In this document: positions 19,876 to 29,228 of the stretch, in pieces
Position numbering within the stretch: position 1 is the stretch's first letter
Layout of the letters: each line of letters begins with the position of its first letter
Source: a bacterium
GTDB lineage: Bacteria; Patescibacteriota; Minisyncoccia; Phycocordibacterales; UBA918
Reading direction: 5' to 3'
Assembly: GCA_043719295.1 (NCBI GenBank)
Contig: JAYSUD010000012.1
Span: 26,790 to 90,789 of the forward strand
DNA: 64,000 bases
Notes under the pieces: model-generated
Told to the model about the DNA's origin: nothing
Seen by the model: the letters and a program-made list of their open reading frames with translations, nothing else
Databases searched by the model: none
Position numbers and translations under genes: made by a program

Positions 19876-19894
19876 ATAACCTGTCCGTAGGTTA

Positions 19895-21163
19895 CTACAT
19901 AAATGATTCTGGCACAGGGAATCGTTCACAAAGTTCCTGTACTACTTTCTGAAGCTCTGCCTTTTTTGCTGTGTCGTCTTTATGTCGCATTGTTTCAATC
20001 ATGAGCTTTGCAAGCTGTGTTGCCTCCCCTTCTTTCATGCCTCTTGTTGTCATTGCCGGAGTTCCAAAGCGAATACCTGACGGATCCATTGCAGTACGTT
20101 TTTCGTCAGCAATCATGTTTTTATTAAGCGTAATCCCAACTTCATCAAGCACTCGTTCTGCATCACTTCCTGTGATACCAAGTGAACCGTATACGTCAGC
20201 AAGGAGCATATGGTTATCTGTCCCGCCACACAAAAGTCGAACGCCCTCTTCTTTGAACACAACTTCCATAGCTTTTGCATTCTTTAAAATCTGGGCTGCA
20301 TAGACTTTAAATTGCGGTGTAAGTGCCTCACCAAACGCAACTGCCTTAGCTGCAATCTGATGCATGTGTGGACCTCCTTGCATACCCGGGAAAACTGCCT
20401 TATTTATTTTCTTCGCAATTTCTTCATTATCTTTAACCAAAATCATCCCCCCTCGTGGCCCACGAAGTGACTTGTGAGTTGTCATAGTCATCACATCAAA
20501 CCCGAAGTCGAACGGATTTTTTGCAACCCCTCCTGCGATAAGTCCCGTGATGTGCGCAATGTCTGCTACTGCGTACGCACCAACCTCACGTGCAATTTCT
20601 ACAAACTTTGCATAATCAAGTTCACGTGTGTATGCAGAAAAACCAGCAAGGATAATTTTTGGCTTGTGTTCAAGTGCAGTTTGTCGGAGTGCCTCATAAT
20701 CAATTTCGCCAGTTTCCACATCCTTCATCTTGTACCGCACAAAGTTAAATACTTTGTTAATAGCGGTAGTTGGGTGCCCATGGGTTAAGTGCCCTCCGTG
20801 AGAAAGATCCATTCCAAGTACTGTGTCCCCTGGTTCCATCAACGCAAAGTACATCGCGACGTTTGCTGCCGCTCCTCCAAGTGGTTGCACATTCGCAAAC
20901 TTACAGTTAAACAATTCTTTTGCACGTTCTATTGCAAGTGTTTCAACAATGTCCGTGTACTCCTGCCCTCCATAATATCGCTTGCCTGGATATCCTTCTG
21001 AGTACTTGTTGGTAAAGATTGAACCATTTGCTTCTAAGACCGCCTTTGAAACATAGTTCTCACTTGGAATCAGTTCTATCCCCCGTGCTTCGCGTGCTTC
21101 TTCCCCAAGAAGCGCATCATACACTTCTTTGTCTTGATTCTTGATGTAGGTATATTCATTCAT
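19895..21163 (-). CDS. glyA: Serine hydroxymethyltransferase
   Basis: SENYVS, TNKYSEGYPGKRYYGG and TTHKSLRGPRGG (PLP-lysine region) motifs. Confidence 0.95.
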   Translation of the reverse strand: MNEYTYIKNQDKEVYDALLGEEAREARGIELIPSENYVSKAVLEANGSIFTNKYSEGYPGKRYYGGQEYTDIVETLAIERAKELFNCKFANVQPLGGAAANVAMYFALMEPGDTVLGMDLSHGGHLTHGHPTTAINKVFNFVRYKMKDVETGEIDYEALRQTALEHKPKIILAGFSAYTRELDYAKFVEIAREVGAYAVADIAHITGLIAGGVAKNPFDFGFDVMTMTTHKSLRGPRGGMILVKDNEEIAKKINKAVFPGMQGGPHMHQIAAKAVAFGEALTPQFKVYAAQILKNAKAMEVVFKEEGVRLLCGGTDNHMLLADVYGSLGITGSDAERVLDEVGITLNKNMIADEKRTAMDPSGIRFGTPAMTTRGMKEGEATQLAKLMIETMRHKDDTAKKAELQKVVQELCERFPVPESFM

Positions 21164-21239
21164 ATCTAAAAATAGTTACGTAATATATTTTGGTGTAATA
21201 AAATCAACTCAATTCTGAAAAAGGATTAGATCATAGGAA

Positions 21240-21641
21240 TTATCGATTATCTCCGCTTCCTCCTAGTTTAGCACGGTCCATTCTTGAGTACAGTTTTTCG
21301 ATATTCATCGTTGCCACCTCCTCTAACGTGAACCCAAGTTCTGTTGCTAGTTGCGAGATATACCAAAGGACGTCACCAAGTTCAACAGCAACTGGCATTT
21401 TTTGCTCAGAAGTTAAATCGGAAACCGACGTAAATTCAGTATCACGAATAAACTTCTTAATTTTATCTGCAACTTCTCCTGACTCCCCCGCAATCCCAAG
21501 TCCTAAGTACGGCAAGTTGTCGCCAACATTCGGATACTTTGCAGTCACGCGCGACTTTTTCTGATACTCATTAAAATCCATATAGAAAGAGTATAGCATT
21601 TCCAATTTTTGAAGGAAAAAGAGAGCTATTGCAAAGAGCAA
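21240..21641 (-). CDS. MazG-like nucleoside triphosphate pyrophosphohydrolase
   Basis: ELGDVLWYISQLATELGFTLEEVATMNIEKL matches the MazG/NTP-PPase EExxE...D core. The likely true start is the internal Met at 21581 (MDFNEYQKK). Confidence 0.7.
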   Translation of the reverse strand: MLFAIALFFLQKLEMLYSFYMDFNEYQKKSRVTAKYPNVGDNLPYLGLGIAGESGEVADKIKKFIRDTEFTSVSDLTSEQKMPVAVELGDVLWYISQLATELGFTLEEVATMNIEKLYSRMDRAKLGGSGDNR

Positions 21642-21715
21642 ATATATATGGTCTTATTATCGCAGACTAGCAGATCCCCGACCAATCCGAAACCCCTGCT
21701 TTGAAGGAGCATGAC

Positions 21716-22258
21716 ATGAAGGTGGTACGCAAGGGCGATGGTGGTATTCGTGAAGCGACGCCAGAGGAAGAGTTCTGCTCTACCCTCCCGTTTGACTTCG
21801 AATACTACTGCAAGCTTCGCACGAGTATTGAGGCTGAAGAGAACGACTTCGTGATTCTCGATCCAGTCCTCAATCCAATCCTGTTTCAGAACAAGTATTG
21901 GAAGCTGACTCCAAACAGATTTGCAAACACCCGTCCTTGCTCGGTGATGCTTTTGATCATCTCGAAAGAACCATGGCGCAGTCTCGGGGACGTCGACGAA
22001 AATGCCTGGCGGGCGTTTTGGAGGATGATGAAGTGGGTTAAAAGCCGCTATGATCTGCCAGGAGGTATACTTTTCGTACGTTTTGGCGACATGCGCCTGA
22101 ACGCTGGAACAATCATGCATCTTCACTGGAATCTCTGGGTTCCAAGTGGCGCAGGCCCCTTGTCCGTCCCCATCTTCAAGAGCAAAGCAGAGCGCGACAT
22201 CGACAATGCACGGGCTGAAGCCTTTGCATTGCGCTACGAAGCTGGCGAACGCGCCTGA
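21716..22258 (+). CDS. HIT-like superfamily protein (putative nucleotide transferase/phosphorylase), GC-rich gene
   Basis: Good SD (gaaggag) 6 nt before the ATG at 21716. The protein carries a MHLHWNLWVP His-phi-His motif. GC content is visibly higher than neighbouring genes. The overlapping minus ORF 21626-22273 is judged spurious. Confidence 0.4.
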   Translation: MKVVRKGDGGIREATPEEEFCSTLPFDFEYYCKLRTSIEAEENDFVILDPVLNPILFQNKYWKLTPNRFANTRPCSVMLLIISKEPWRSLGDVDENAWRAFWRMMKWVKSRYDLPGGILFVRFGDMRLNAGTIMHLHWNLWVPSGAGPLSVPIFKSKAERDIDNARAEAFALRYEAGERA

Positions 22259-22397
22259 ATCGCAGAAAACCACACCAATGAAAGGGGCACGCCATACGGC
22301 CTGCCCCTTTTCCTATTTTCCCTTTGTATTGTGTAATTTTCTTTCCCCTCCTTCTCTTCTATCCACTTTGTTATACTAGAGACATATTCAGCTTAAT

Positions 22398-23297
22398 TTG
22401 TTTCTCATGAAAGCATACGCAGATCGAACTGTAGACACGCAATACCACGACCTCCTTACCCGAATCCTTGAACAAGGACGTGACGTCCATCCTATTCAAG
22501 GAGAAAAGACACGAATGGTCATGGGGCACCAAATGCGATTTGATATGCGTAATGGATTTCCGCTCATTACTGAGCGAGACATGTCAGGACCATTTTTAAA
22601 AGCAGCACTTGGTGAACACATCGCATTCTTAAATGGTGCACGCACACAAGAACAACTGGAATCATTTGGTTGCAAGTTCTGGGACCGATGGGTTACTAAA
22701 GAAAAGTGTGACATTTTTGGATTACCCGAAGGTGACTTAGGAAACGGTTCGTATGGTGCCGCATGGACGAGCTTCCCAACGCTCGAAGGAACGCACTTCA
22801 ATCAAGTTGAACACCTTGTAAAACAAATCAAAGAACGACCCTACTTGCGTACCCACGTCATGACGCCGTGGATACCGCAGTACGTACTCCAACACAGTGA
22901 ACTCAAGCGAAGTACGGTAGTGGCTCCCTGCCACGGATGGATTCACGTTCTTTGTTTTCCTGAGACAAAAGAAATTGCCATTCACCACTTTCAACGAAGT
23001 GCTGACGCTCCCGTTGGACTACCCTTTAACATGGTGCAGTATGCCGCCTTTGGAATGATGGTTGGACAACTAATTGGCTACGAAATGGTTGAATACGTAC
23101 ACACGCTTTCTGACGCACACATCTACGAGAGTCAAATTGAAAAAGTAAAAGAACTTCTCACACGAGAACCCAAGAAACTTCCAACTATGAAACTTGTAGC
23201 GCCGGGAATTGAAAATATTACCGACTTCCGCCCAGAGCACTTTGTGATTGAGGATTATGAGCCTCATGCAAAAATGCTAATCCCAACCCCTGTCTAA
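22398..23297 (+). CDS. thyA: Thymidylate synthase (ThyA family)
   Basis: VAPCHG (catalytic Cys), FQRSAD, GLPFN (Asn of dUMP-specific type), DAHIY, REPKKLP, and DF....F.IEDYEPH all align with ThyA. Confidence 0.8.
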   Translation: MFLMKAYADRTVDTQYHDLLTRILEQGRDVHPIQGEKTRMVMGHQMRFDMRNGFPLITERDMSGPFLKAALGEHIAFLNGARTQEQLESFGCKFWDRWVTKEKCDIFGLPEGDLGNGSYGAAWTSFPTLEGTHFNQVEHLVKQIKERPYLRTHVMTPWIPQYVLQHSELKRSTVVAPCHGWIHVLCFPETKEIAIHHFQRSADAPVGLPFNMVQYAAFGMMVGQLIGYEMVEYVHTLSDAHIYESQIEKVKELLTREPKKLPTMKLVAPGIENITDFRPEHFVIEDYEPHAKMLIPTPV

Positions 23298-23314
23298 TTT
23301 TCTATACTCATTTT

Positions 23315-23752
23315 ATGGCTGATGAGCAACTACTCAACTTCGACAACGCACGCGACCCTGTCCAAGTTGCTAATATGAAAAAAATTGAGGCAGAGGGATT
23401 CTGTCCATTTTGTCCCGAACACATGAAGAAATATCACACACCGCCAATTCTAAAGACTGGTGCGTATTGGTATGTAACTCCAAACATGTACCCCTATGAA
23501 CACTCTCTTCATCACTTCCTCATTATCACCAACGAGCACGTGTCAAATTCTAAAGACCTTTCAAAAGAAGCGTGGTTAGAACTCCAAGAGCTCACCAATT
23601 GGATAATAGAAGAACACAAAATTGAAGCAGGTACATTTCTAATGCGTTCAGGTGACATGAGCAAAACAGGATCAAGTGTCCTCCATTTACACGGACAATT
23701 AGTTGTTGGTCCGGGGGATAATCAAAGACCCGTAATGACCCGAGTCGGATAG
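23315..23752 (+). CDS. HIT-family protein (GalT-like branch, HLHGQ motif)
   Basis: CPFCPE near the N-terminus and VLHLHGQLVVG near the C-terminus (H-phi-H-phi-Q) match the HIT superfamily. 145 aa. Confidence 0.6.
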   Translation: MADEQLLNFDNARDPVQVANMKKIEAEGFCPFCPEHMKKYHTPPILKTGAYWYVTPNMYPYEHSLHHFLIITNEHVSNSKDLSKEAWLELQELTNWIIEEHKIEAGTFLMRSGDMSKTGSSVLHLHGQLVVGPGDNQRPVMTRVG

Positions 23753-23894
23753 TAAAATCCAAAAACGGCACACTTCTTCGTTGTACTACGTAAAATATTC
23801 CTCACTGTACTAAAAGTACACCTCGTCTTATTTTACTTGCACGCCTCGAATTGCACTCGTTTATTGAATTTTGCATGCTTGAGCAAGAAAAAAA

Positions 23895-23931
23895 CAAAAA
23901 ATGTGCGACTTTGTAAGTCGCACATTTTTTA
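23895..23931. terminator. Bidirectional intrinsic terminator between convergent genes
   Basis: aaaaaatgtgcgactttgtaagtcgcacatttttt forms a perfect 11-bp stem with A- and T-runs. Confidence 0.7.
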
Positions 23932-24771
23932 TTCTCCTAGTTTCTCTTTAACGAGGATTATCTCAACTCCCGAACCTTTGAGAATCTCTTCTGCATCTAA
24001 AAGTGAGTAGCCTTTCTTGTAGAACACTCGTGCGACCCCTGCCTCTACAAGTGATCGGGCACACGTAGGACACGGAAACGTAGTGACAAATACATCAGCG
24101 CCTAAAACTGCAATACCTAATCGTGCTGCTTTTGCTAATACCGATGCTTCAGCATGAATAGAAGTATAGATTCCCGCTCCTTGTCCTGCATCAAAGTTAC
24201 TTCGCGGATCACCATTGATAGTAAGTGCATGTTGACTTGGAAAATGTGCGTTGTATGAAAGCGCCACAATCTCCCCTTCTTTCACAATTGCAGCTCCAAT
24301 CTGACGCCACCAATCAGGGCTTTTTTCTGCCTCTTTTTCAAGTAACGCAAGCGTTGTATTTTCAAAATCTCCATGTGAAACAGTTCTATCTTCAGGAACT
24401 GTATATTCTGTGGCTGAAAGTTTCTGAGTCCAACGTAAAAATGTATTTATTTTTTCTATTTGTACCTCTGGAGCATATCTCTCCAAGAAAAAATCTGTAA
24501 TCTCGTCTTCAGGAACAATGAGCGATTCGTACGATGAAAATGCTTCCACCATTTCTACTGGCTTCACGACAGTCACGTCTGTGTACCCATGCACCGCTAA
24601 TTCTTTCTGTATAAGATGCGCGTTAAGTGCGCGAGCATCACGTTCAAGGTACGCATTCTCTTTTTTAGCTTCTTCATTATCTAAAAGTAAAATCGGGAGA
24701 TCTTTATACGACTCCAGGAATGTGAGTGTATTTGAGTGTATGACTGGGATATATGCAAAAACCGCTTTCAT
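23929..24771 (-). CDS. dCMP/cytidine deaminase-domain protein with ~140-aa uncharacterised N-terminal extension
   Basis: C-terminal HAEASVLAKAARLG ... TTFPCPTCARSL is the zinc-binding H(A/C)E...PCxxC deaminase signature. The N-terminal half has no recognised motif. Confidence 0.75.
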   Translation of the reverse strand: MKAVFAYIPVIHSNTLTFLESYKDLPILLLDNEEAKKENAYLERDARALNAHLIQKELAVHGYTDVTVVKPVEMVEAFSSYESLIVPEDEITDFFLERYAPEVQIEKINTFLRWTQKLSATEYTVPEDRTVSHGDFENTTLALLEKEAEKSPDWWRQIGAAIVKEGEIVALSYNAHFPSQHALTINGDPRSNFDAGQGAGIYTSIHAEASVLAKAARLGIAVLGADVFVTTFPCPTCARSLVEAGVARVFYKKGYSLLDAEEILKGSGVEIILVKEKLGE

Positions 24772-24777
24772 ACCTTC

Positions 24778-25350
24778 TTACTTCGACTTAATTTTGTTAA
24801 GTACGTTTTTTACAATTTCTGGAATAGCGCTTGCGAGTTCATTTGCAAGCTGATCAGCGCCAAGCATACTCACCTCGTGTACTCGAGCGGTTGTTGAAGT
24901 AGTCGATTGTGGAGGTAATACCGTCACTTCCCCACAGTATGCTGCAAGTTCGGTACTTACCGCAAAGTCCTTGGTTGATTCAGACGCAATGTATACATCA
25001 GGCTCAATTGACTGAATAAGAGCTTCAAGTTCTTTATCAACATCGCGCAATACGACGTAATCAACGTGCCGTAAGTGCAATAACATTTTTATACGCTCGT
25101 CTTGTGGCACTACAGGACGTCCGTCTCCTTTACGCTTCCGCGTTAACGCATCAGAATCAACTCCGACAATTAAAACGTCTCCATGTTCTTTTGCTTTTTC
25201 TAAGTACTGTGCGTGTCCTACATGAAGCAGGTCGTACACCCCTTGGGTGAGTACAATTTTTTTGCCATCTCTTCGAAGCACATCCGCATGTACACGTAAC
25301 GCACTAAAATCTTTAAAATAACGCGGGTCTTTTTCTAGGTCAGTAATCAT
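24778..25350 (-). CDS. Cytidylyltransferase-like nucleotidyltransferase (TagD/RfaE-domain-II-like, HxGH)
   Basis: VLTQGVYDLLHVGHAQYLEKAKEHGDVLIVGVDSD matches the G.FD..H.GH nucleotidyltransferase core. Confidence 0.7.
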   Translation of the reverse strand: MITDLEKDPRYFKDFSALRVHADVLRRDGKKIVLTQGVYDLLHVGHAQYLEKAKEHGDVLIVGVDSDALTRKRKGDGRPVVPQDERIKMLLHLRHVDYVVLRDVDKELEALIQSIEPDVYIASESTKDFAVSTELAAYCGEVTVLPPQSTTSTTARVHEVSMLGADQLANELASAIPEIVKNVLNKIKSK

Positions 25351-25503
25351 TGAAATATCATTAGGACTTACAGAAACAAGTGCAATTCAAGACGTACAAG
25401 TAAAATATGACGAAGTGTACGCATAGTACAGTGAGGAATATTTTATGTGGCACAACGATGAAGTGTGCTGTTTATGTATGTCCTATAGTATACTGCATGA
25501 ACT

Positions 25504-26013
25504 ATGACAGACAAAATTCCGTTAGTAATTGTTGCTGCAATAAGCAGAAAAACGCGAGCCCTTGGTAACAAGAACGAGCTTTTGTGGCATATACCTGAGG
25601 ATTTGAAACGTTTTAAAGAAAAGACATTGGGACATCCCGTTATTATGGGACGCAAAACGTTTGAATCTATTGTCACCATACTTGGGAAACCGCTTCCAAA
25701 CCGAACCAATATTGTCGTAACTCGTAACCCAAACTTTACTTACGAGGGAGTACTCATTGCTTCTTCGCTTGAAGACGCCCTCACAAAAGCTCGAGCACTT
25801 TCCCCTTCACAAATACATATCGGTGGAGGAGCCGAATTATACAAACAAGCACTTCCTTATGTTGACGAACTCTATCTCACGTTAGTTGATGATGAAAAAG
25901 ATGCAGATACTTTTTTCCCAGAGTTTGAAAATTTATTCAAAAAAAAATCAGAGCATGAACTACAAACTCATAACGGCATCACCTACCAGTTTGTAGACTA
26001 CATACTAAAATAA
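25504..26013 (+). CDS. folA: Dihydrofolate reductase
   Basis: IPLVIVAAISRKTRALGNKNELLWHIPEDLKRFKEKTLGHPVIMGRKTFESI matches the DHFR N-terminal consensus. 169 aa. Confidence 0.9.
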   Translation: MTDKIPLVIVAAISRKTRALGNKNELLWHIPEDLKRFKEKTLGHPVIMGRKTFESIVTILGKPLPNRTNIVVTRNPNFTYEGVLIASSLEDALTKARALSPSQIHIGGGAELYKQALPYVDELYLTLVDDEKDADTFFPEFENLFKKKSEHELQTHNGITYQFVDYILK

Positions 26014-26070
26014 AACTAACGATGAGGGCGAATCGCTTTCGCAATCGCCCTCATTTCCATTCCCCTCCAA

Positions 26071-26586
26071 CTATATCTTCCACTTCTTGAGCTTTGCGAG
26101 CTTTCGAAGTGCTGCAACATAAAACTTACGCGAGACAAGCGGAGTGTCAACATGTCCTTCTATATAAGCAATTGCATCAGCAATCTGGCGCACTTGAAAA
26201 TCATAATGACTCACATCTTTTTCTGTTACCTCGTGCAATTCTTTTAGATATACAGCGAGGACATACACGCGTTTACCTTTCCAGAAAGGTTTAGTTGTAG
26301 GAAGTATGCCGATTTTTAGTATAGGTGATTCGCGTACCTTTCGGACTTTGAGCACTACGCCATGGAGTTCCTCACACACCTCCCTTACAAATGCCTCATG
26401 CAGTTTTTCATCTTCATCAACACCACCACCAGGGAGAGATGCTCTTCCTTCACGATGGAAAAAGAAGATTTCTCGTTTCTTATTATAGAAGAATCCTTTG
26501 ATAGTAACCCTAAGGTTTTTCCGCTGTGAATCTTTAATTTCTGAACGTGTAATGTTGCTTGGTCTTTTCATCTGCCCCTCCCTCAC
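26071..26586 (-). CDS. Nudix hydrolase
   Basis: Nudix box GGGVDEDEKLHEAFVREVCEELHG (GX5EX7REUXEEXGU). Confidence 0.8.
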   Translation of the reverse strand: MREGQMKRPSNITRSEIKDSQRKNLRVTIKGFFYNKKREIFFFHREGRASLPGGGVDEDEKLHEAFVREVCEELHGVVLKVRKVRESPILKIGILPTTKPFWKGKRVYVLAVYLKELHEVTEKDVSHYDFQVRQIADAIAYIEGHVDTPLVSRKFYVAALRKLAKLKKWKI

Positions 26587-26719
26587 TATCTGTTCTCTTG
26601 CTTCAGGAATTCCATGACTGTTATAGCATAAGCTACTTAAAAAACAAAAACCCCCATATCGACTTTCGATACGAAGGGAGTCATAGGAGGGCGCAACGCG
26701 CCCTCCATATTGTTATTGA

Positions 26720-27166
26720 TTAAATTAATCCGATTACCTGTAGCTGAAGCAACACATGACGAGGATCATTCTCAAGAACCTTCTTGAGAGCTTGTTTGAC
26801 CTCTCTTTGCTGTGGAGCATCACTCAAGGGCTGTAGCCATGGGCCATTCATCTTTTCTGGAATGCTCATATCTTGAGGTATCACAACATAGAAGACATGA
26901 AGGTCTTTGTATTCAGAACCTCCTTTGAGCTTAAATTTTTTCAGATAGATAAGCTCCAGTCCAGACTCTAGCCTAAGACAACTTCCTAGTCTTAGTGCTG
27001 TATTTGTTAGACCTCTTTTAGAGAGTTGATCTTCTCCTGGGCAGTATTTTTTGAAGTAATCCGGAGAAAGCAGGAGTGGTCCGTTTTCATCGATGAAAAC
27101 AACCCATACTCGATTCCGACGCGCTTCACGTACACTACGCAGTTTTTGTACAAACTTTTTAATCAT
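26720..27166 (-). CDS. Hypothetical protein
   Basis: 148-aa ORF, basic N-terminus, no motif recognised. It lies last in the nucleotide-metabolism neighbourhood. Confidence 0.4.
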   Translation of the reverse strand: MIKKFVQKLRSVREARRNRVWVVFIDENGPLLLSPDYFKKYCPGEDQLSKRGLTNTALRLGSCLRLESGLELIYLKKFKLKGGSEYKDLHVFYVVIPQDMSIPEKMNGPWLQPLSDAPQQREVKQALKKVLENDPRHVLLQLQVIGLI

Positions 27167-27565
27167 TTGAAGGTTCCTTTGGTTGTTTTGTTATTACAAT
27201 AAACCGTGCGCCTCAGGCACATATACTCGTAAAGATCTTGAACTATTCCCTAAGACGACTGAACTCGTCTTTTCTTACCAAAAGAGCGATATATACAAAA
27301 AGCAGGCATATGCCTGCTTTTTGTATATCTTAGTCTAAATGTACTCAGACGTTAATTTACTTCACTCTAAAAACTTACAGTTTCAGTACACCTTGTCAGG
27401 ATTCTGTCCGACATTCGTCTCTAGAATCCTAGGCAAGGTCGGTAAGAGTGATATTAAATCACTCTTACCTCATACAGAGGCTGTATACCTTTTGGCTATT
27501 CTATTTCGGTTTCACCTCATAGAATTGCTCAAAAGCTCGGTGAAAGTGCATCAAAGCACCTTCAC

Positions 27566-27593
27566 TCCTTACAGGAGCAGTACACCTTTTGGA
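27566..27593. repeat. Copy of dispersed motif CTCCTTACAGGAGC(A/T)GTACACCTTT(T/C)G (also at 57336-57360; a related gtacaccttttgg motif lies at 59324-59338)
   Basis: Seen directly. It contains the CTCCTtacAGGAG mini-palindrome. It lies in the 475-bp non-coding gap after rplK. Confidence 0.5.
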
Positions 27594-27645
27594 TAGATTA
27601 TTTCGCAAAGCTCATAATCTACCTCAAAAGCTTCGTTAAAGTAAT

Positions 27646-28071
27646 TTAGATTACTTTAACGCCCATGCTTCGACAAGTACCCTCGATGATCTTCATAGCA
27701 GCTTCGATTGTCGCTGCGTTGAGGTCGGGCATTTTTATTTCTGCGATAGCTCGGATTTGGTCTTGTGTGATGTCCCCTACTTTAGAAGTAGCATTCTTTC
27801 CTGACCCTTTCTCCTTTCCAATAGCCTTAAGAATAAGACGTGATGCTGGAGAAGTCTTAAGGATAAATGAGAATGATCGGTCGTCAAATACAGTCAGTTC
27901 AACTGGCACCACCTCACCCATACGAGACTCACGAGTTTGCTCGTTGAATTGATTTACGAACTCACCAATGTTGATTCCCGCTTGTCCGAGTACTGGCCCT
28001 AACGGTGGAGCTGGTGTAGCTTTACCTCCTGTTGCCTGTACTTTAATCTTTTTTAATATCTTTTTTGCCAT
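27646..28071 (-). CDS. rplK: 50S ribosomal protein L11
   Basis: [35 protein letters not shown]... is the canonical L11 sequence. Confidence 0.95.
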   Translation of the reverse strand: MAKKILKKIKVQATGGKATPAPPLGPVLGQAGINIGEFVNQFNEQTRESRMGEVVPVELTVFDDRSFSFILKTSPASRLILKAIGKEKGSGKNATSKVGDITQDQIRAIAEIKMPDLNAATIEAAMKIIEGTCRSMGVKVI

Positions 28072-28335
28072 GTTTTTTAATTATTTTTGTTGGTACACCA
28101 TTGCTCCATATGCAATGTTAACGTATACCTTGAAGCGTCGCTATACTACATAATATAAGGGCTTTTAGCAAGGATACGCGAATTTAGAATGTCTAATATT
28201 GGAATGAGGATGCTTAAAACTTTTTAAATTGGATGAATCGCGCGAAGCCTAGGTATTTTGAGAAAGAGCCGTAGTAGCCTACGGTGATTGAGCAAAATGC
28301 CGTAGCGACAAAGCGAGTCGCCGATTTTAAGAGCT

Positions 28336-28881
28336 TTACACCTTTCGGATTTGAAGAAAGTCTAATTCAACGGGTGTCTCCCTCCCAAAAATAGAAACCA
28401 GCACTTTAACTCGTCCACTTGCTTCATCAACTTCTCCTACCTTCCCTTCTACATCCTTAAACGGACCATCTGTAATAATGACTACATCATCTTGTGCAAA
28501 GTCGAGCTGATGTTTAACCAAACCATCGTTCATTCGTTTCATGAGTGCTTCGTACTCGGATTGAGCTAGCGGCACTGGTTGCGTTCCACTTCCAACGAAC
28601 CCTGTAACACGAGGAGTGTTTCGAACAATGTACCAAGACTCGTCATTTACAATCATGTCTACAAGTACGTATCCTGGATAGATTCGTTCTTCTTCAGTAA
28701 TACGCTTTCCTCCTTTAACGCGAATCTTTTTTTCAGTTGGAACAACTACGTCAAAAATCTGTGTCTCCATTCCAAGAGAATCAATACGTTGCTTGAGGTT
28801 ACGTGCAACTGCATTTTCGTACCCTGAGTAGGTGTGAATTGCATACCAGTGACGCTCACCGTCTGTTTGTTGTTTAGCCAT
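28336..28881 (-). CDS. nusG: Transcription termination/antitermination factor NusG
   Basis: NGN domain (HWYAIHTYSGYENAV) and C-terminal KOW (FKDVEGKVGEVDEASGRVKVLVSIFGRETPVEL). Confidence 0.95.
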   Translation of the reverse strand: MAKQQTDGERHWYAIHTYSGYENAVARNLKQRIDSLGMETQIFDVVVPTEKKIRVKGGKRITEEERIYPGYVLVDMIVNDESWYIVRNTPRVTGFVGSGTQPVPLAQSEYEALMKRMNDGLVKHQLDFAQDDVVIITDGPFKDVEGKVGEVDEASGRVKVLVSIFGRETPVELDFLQIRKV

Positions 28882-28892
28882 ACGGTATTAAA

Positions 28893-29075
28893 TTAACGAA
28901 CAATGTAGTTTAGAAGTTGTGTAAAAAGGTGATCAAATCCACCCAAGAAAAGAGCAGTGAATGCTGATACACCGATAACCAGTACCGTGTACGTAATTGC
29001 CTGCATTTGTGTTGGCCATGTTACGTGCTTCATTTCTGCTGCAGTATCACGGAGATAGTTTCCTAGTCGACTCAT
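28893..29075 (-). CDS. secE: Preprotein translocase subunit SecE
   Basis: 60 aa with a single TM helix. It lies immediately upstream of nusG-rplK in the universal gene order. Confidence 0.8.
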   Translation of the reverse strand: MSRLGNYLRDTAAEMKHVTWPTQMQAITYTVLVIGVSAFTALFLGGFDHLFTQLLNYIVR

Positions 29076-29228
29076 GAAATTGTAATTAATTGAATAAAAT
29101 TGTTGGTTTAAAAAAACACCCTTTCGGGAGATTTATTCTATTATACCATGCATTATAAAAATACACAAAGGGCGACATGTTGTCGCCCTTTGGGGTTTTT
29201 ATAGTCGCTTCAGATGTGTGGAGTTAAC

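Noticed and set aside
21626-22273. 215-aa minus-strand ORF opposite the HIT-like gene
   Set aside because: Cys/Trp-rich and lacks an SD. The plus-strand ORF has a strong SD and a HIT-like motif. This is a typical GC-rich antisense artefact.
29076-29228. Expected tRNA-Trp upstream of secE
   Set aside because: No cloverleaf or T-loop motif is present. Only a bidirectional terminator hairpin (AAGGGCGACATGTTGTCGCCCTT) was found.
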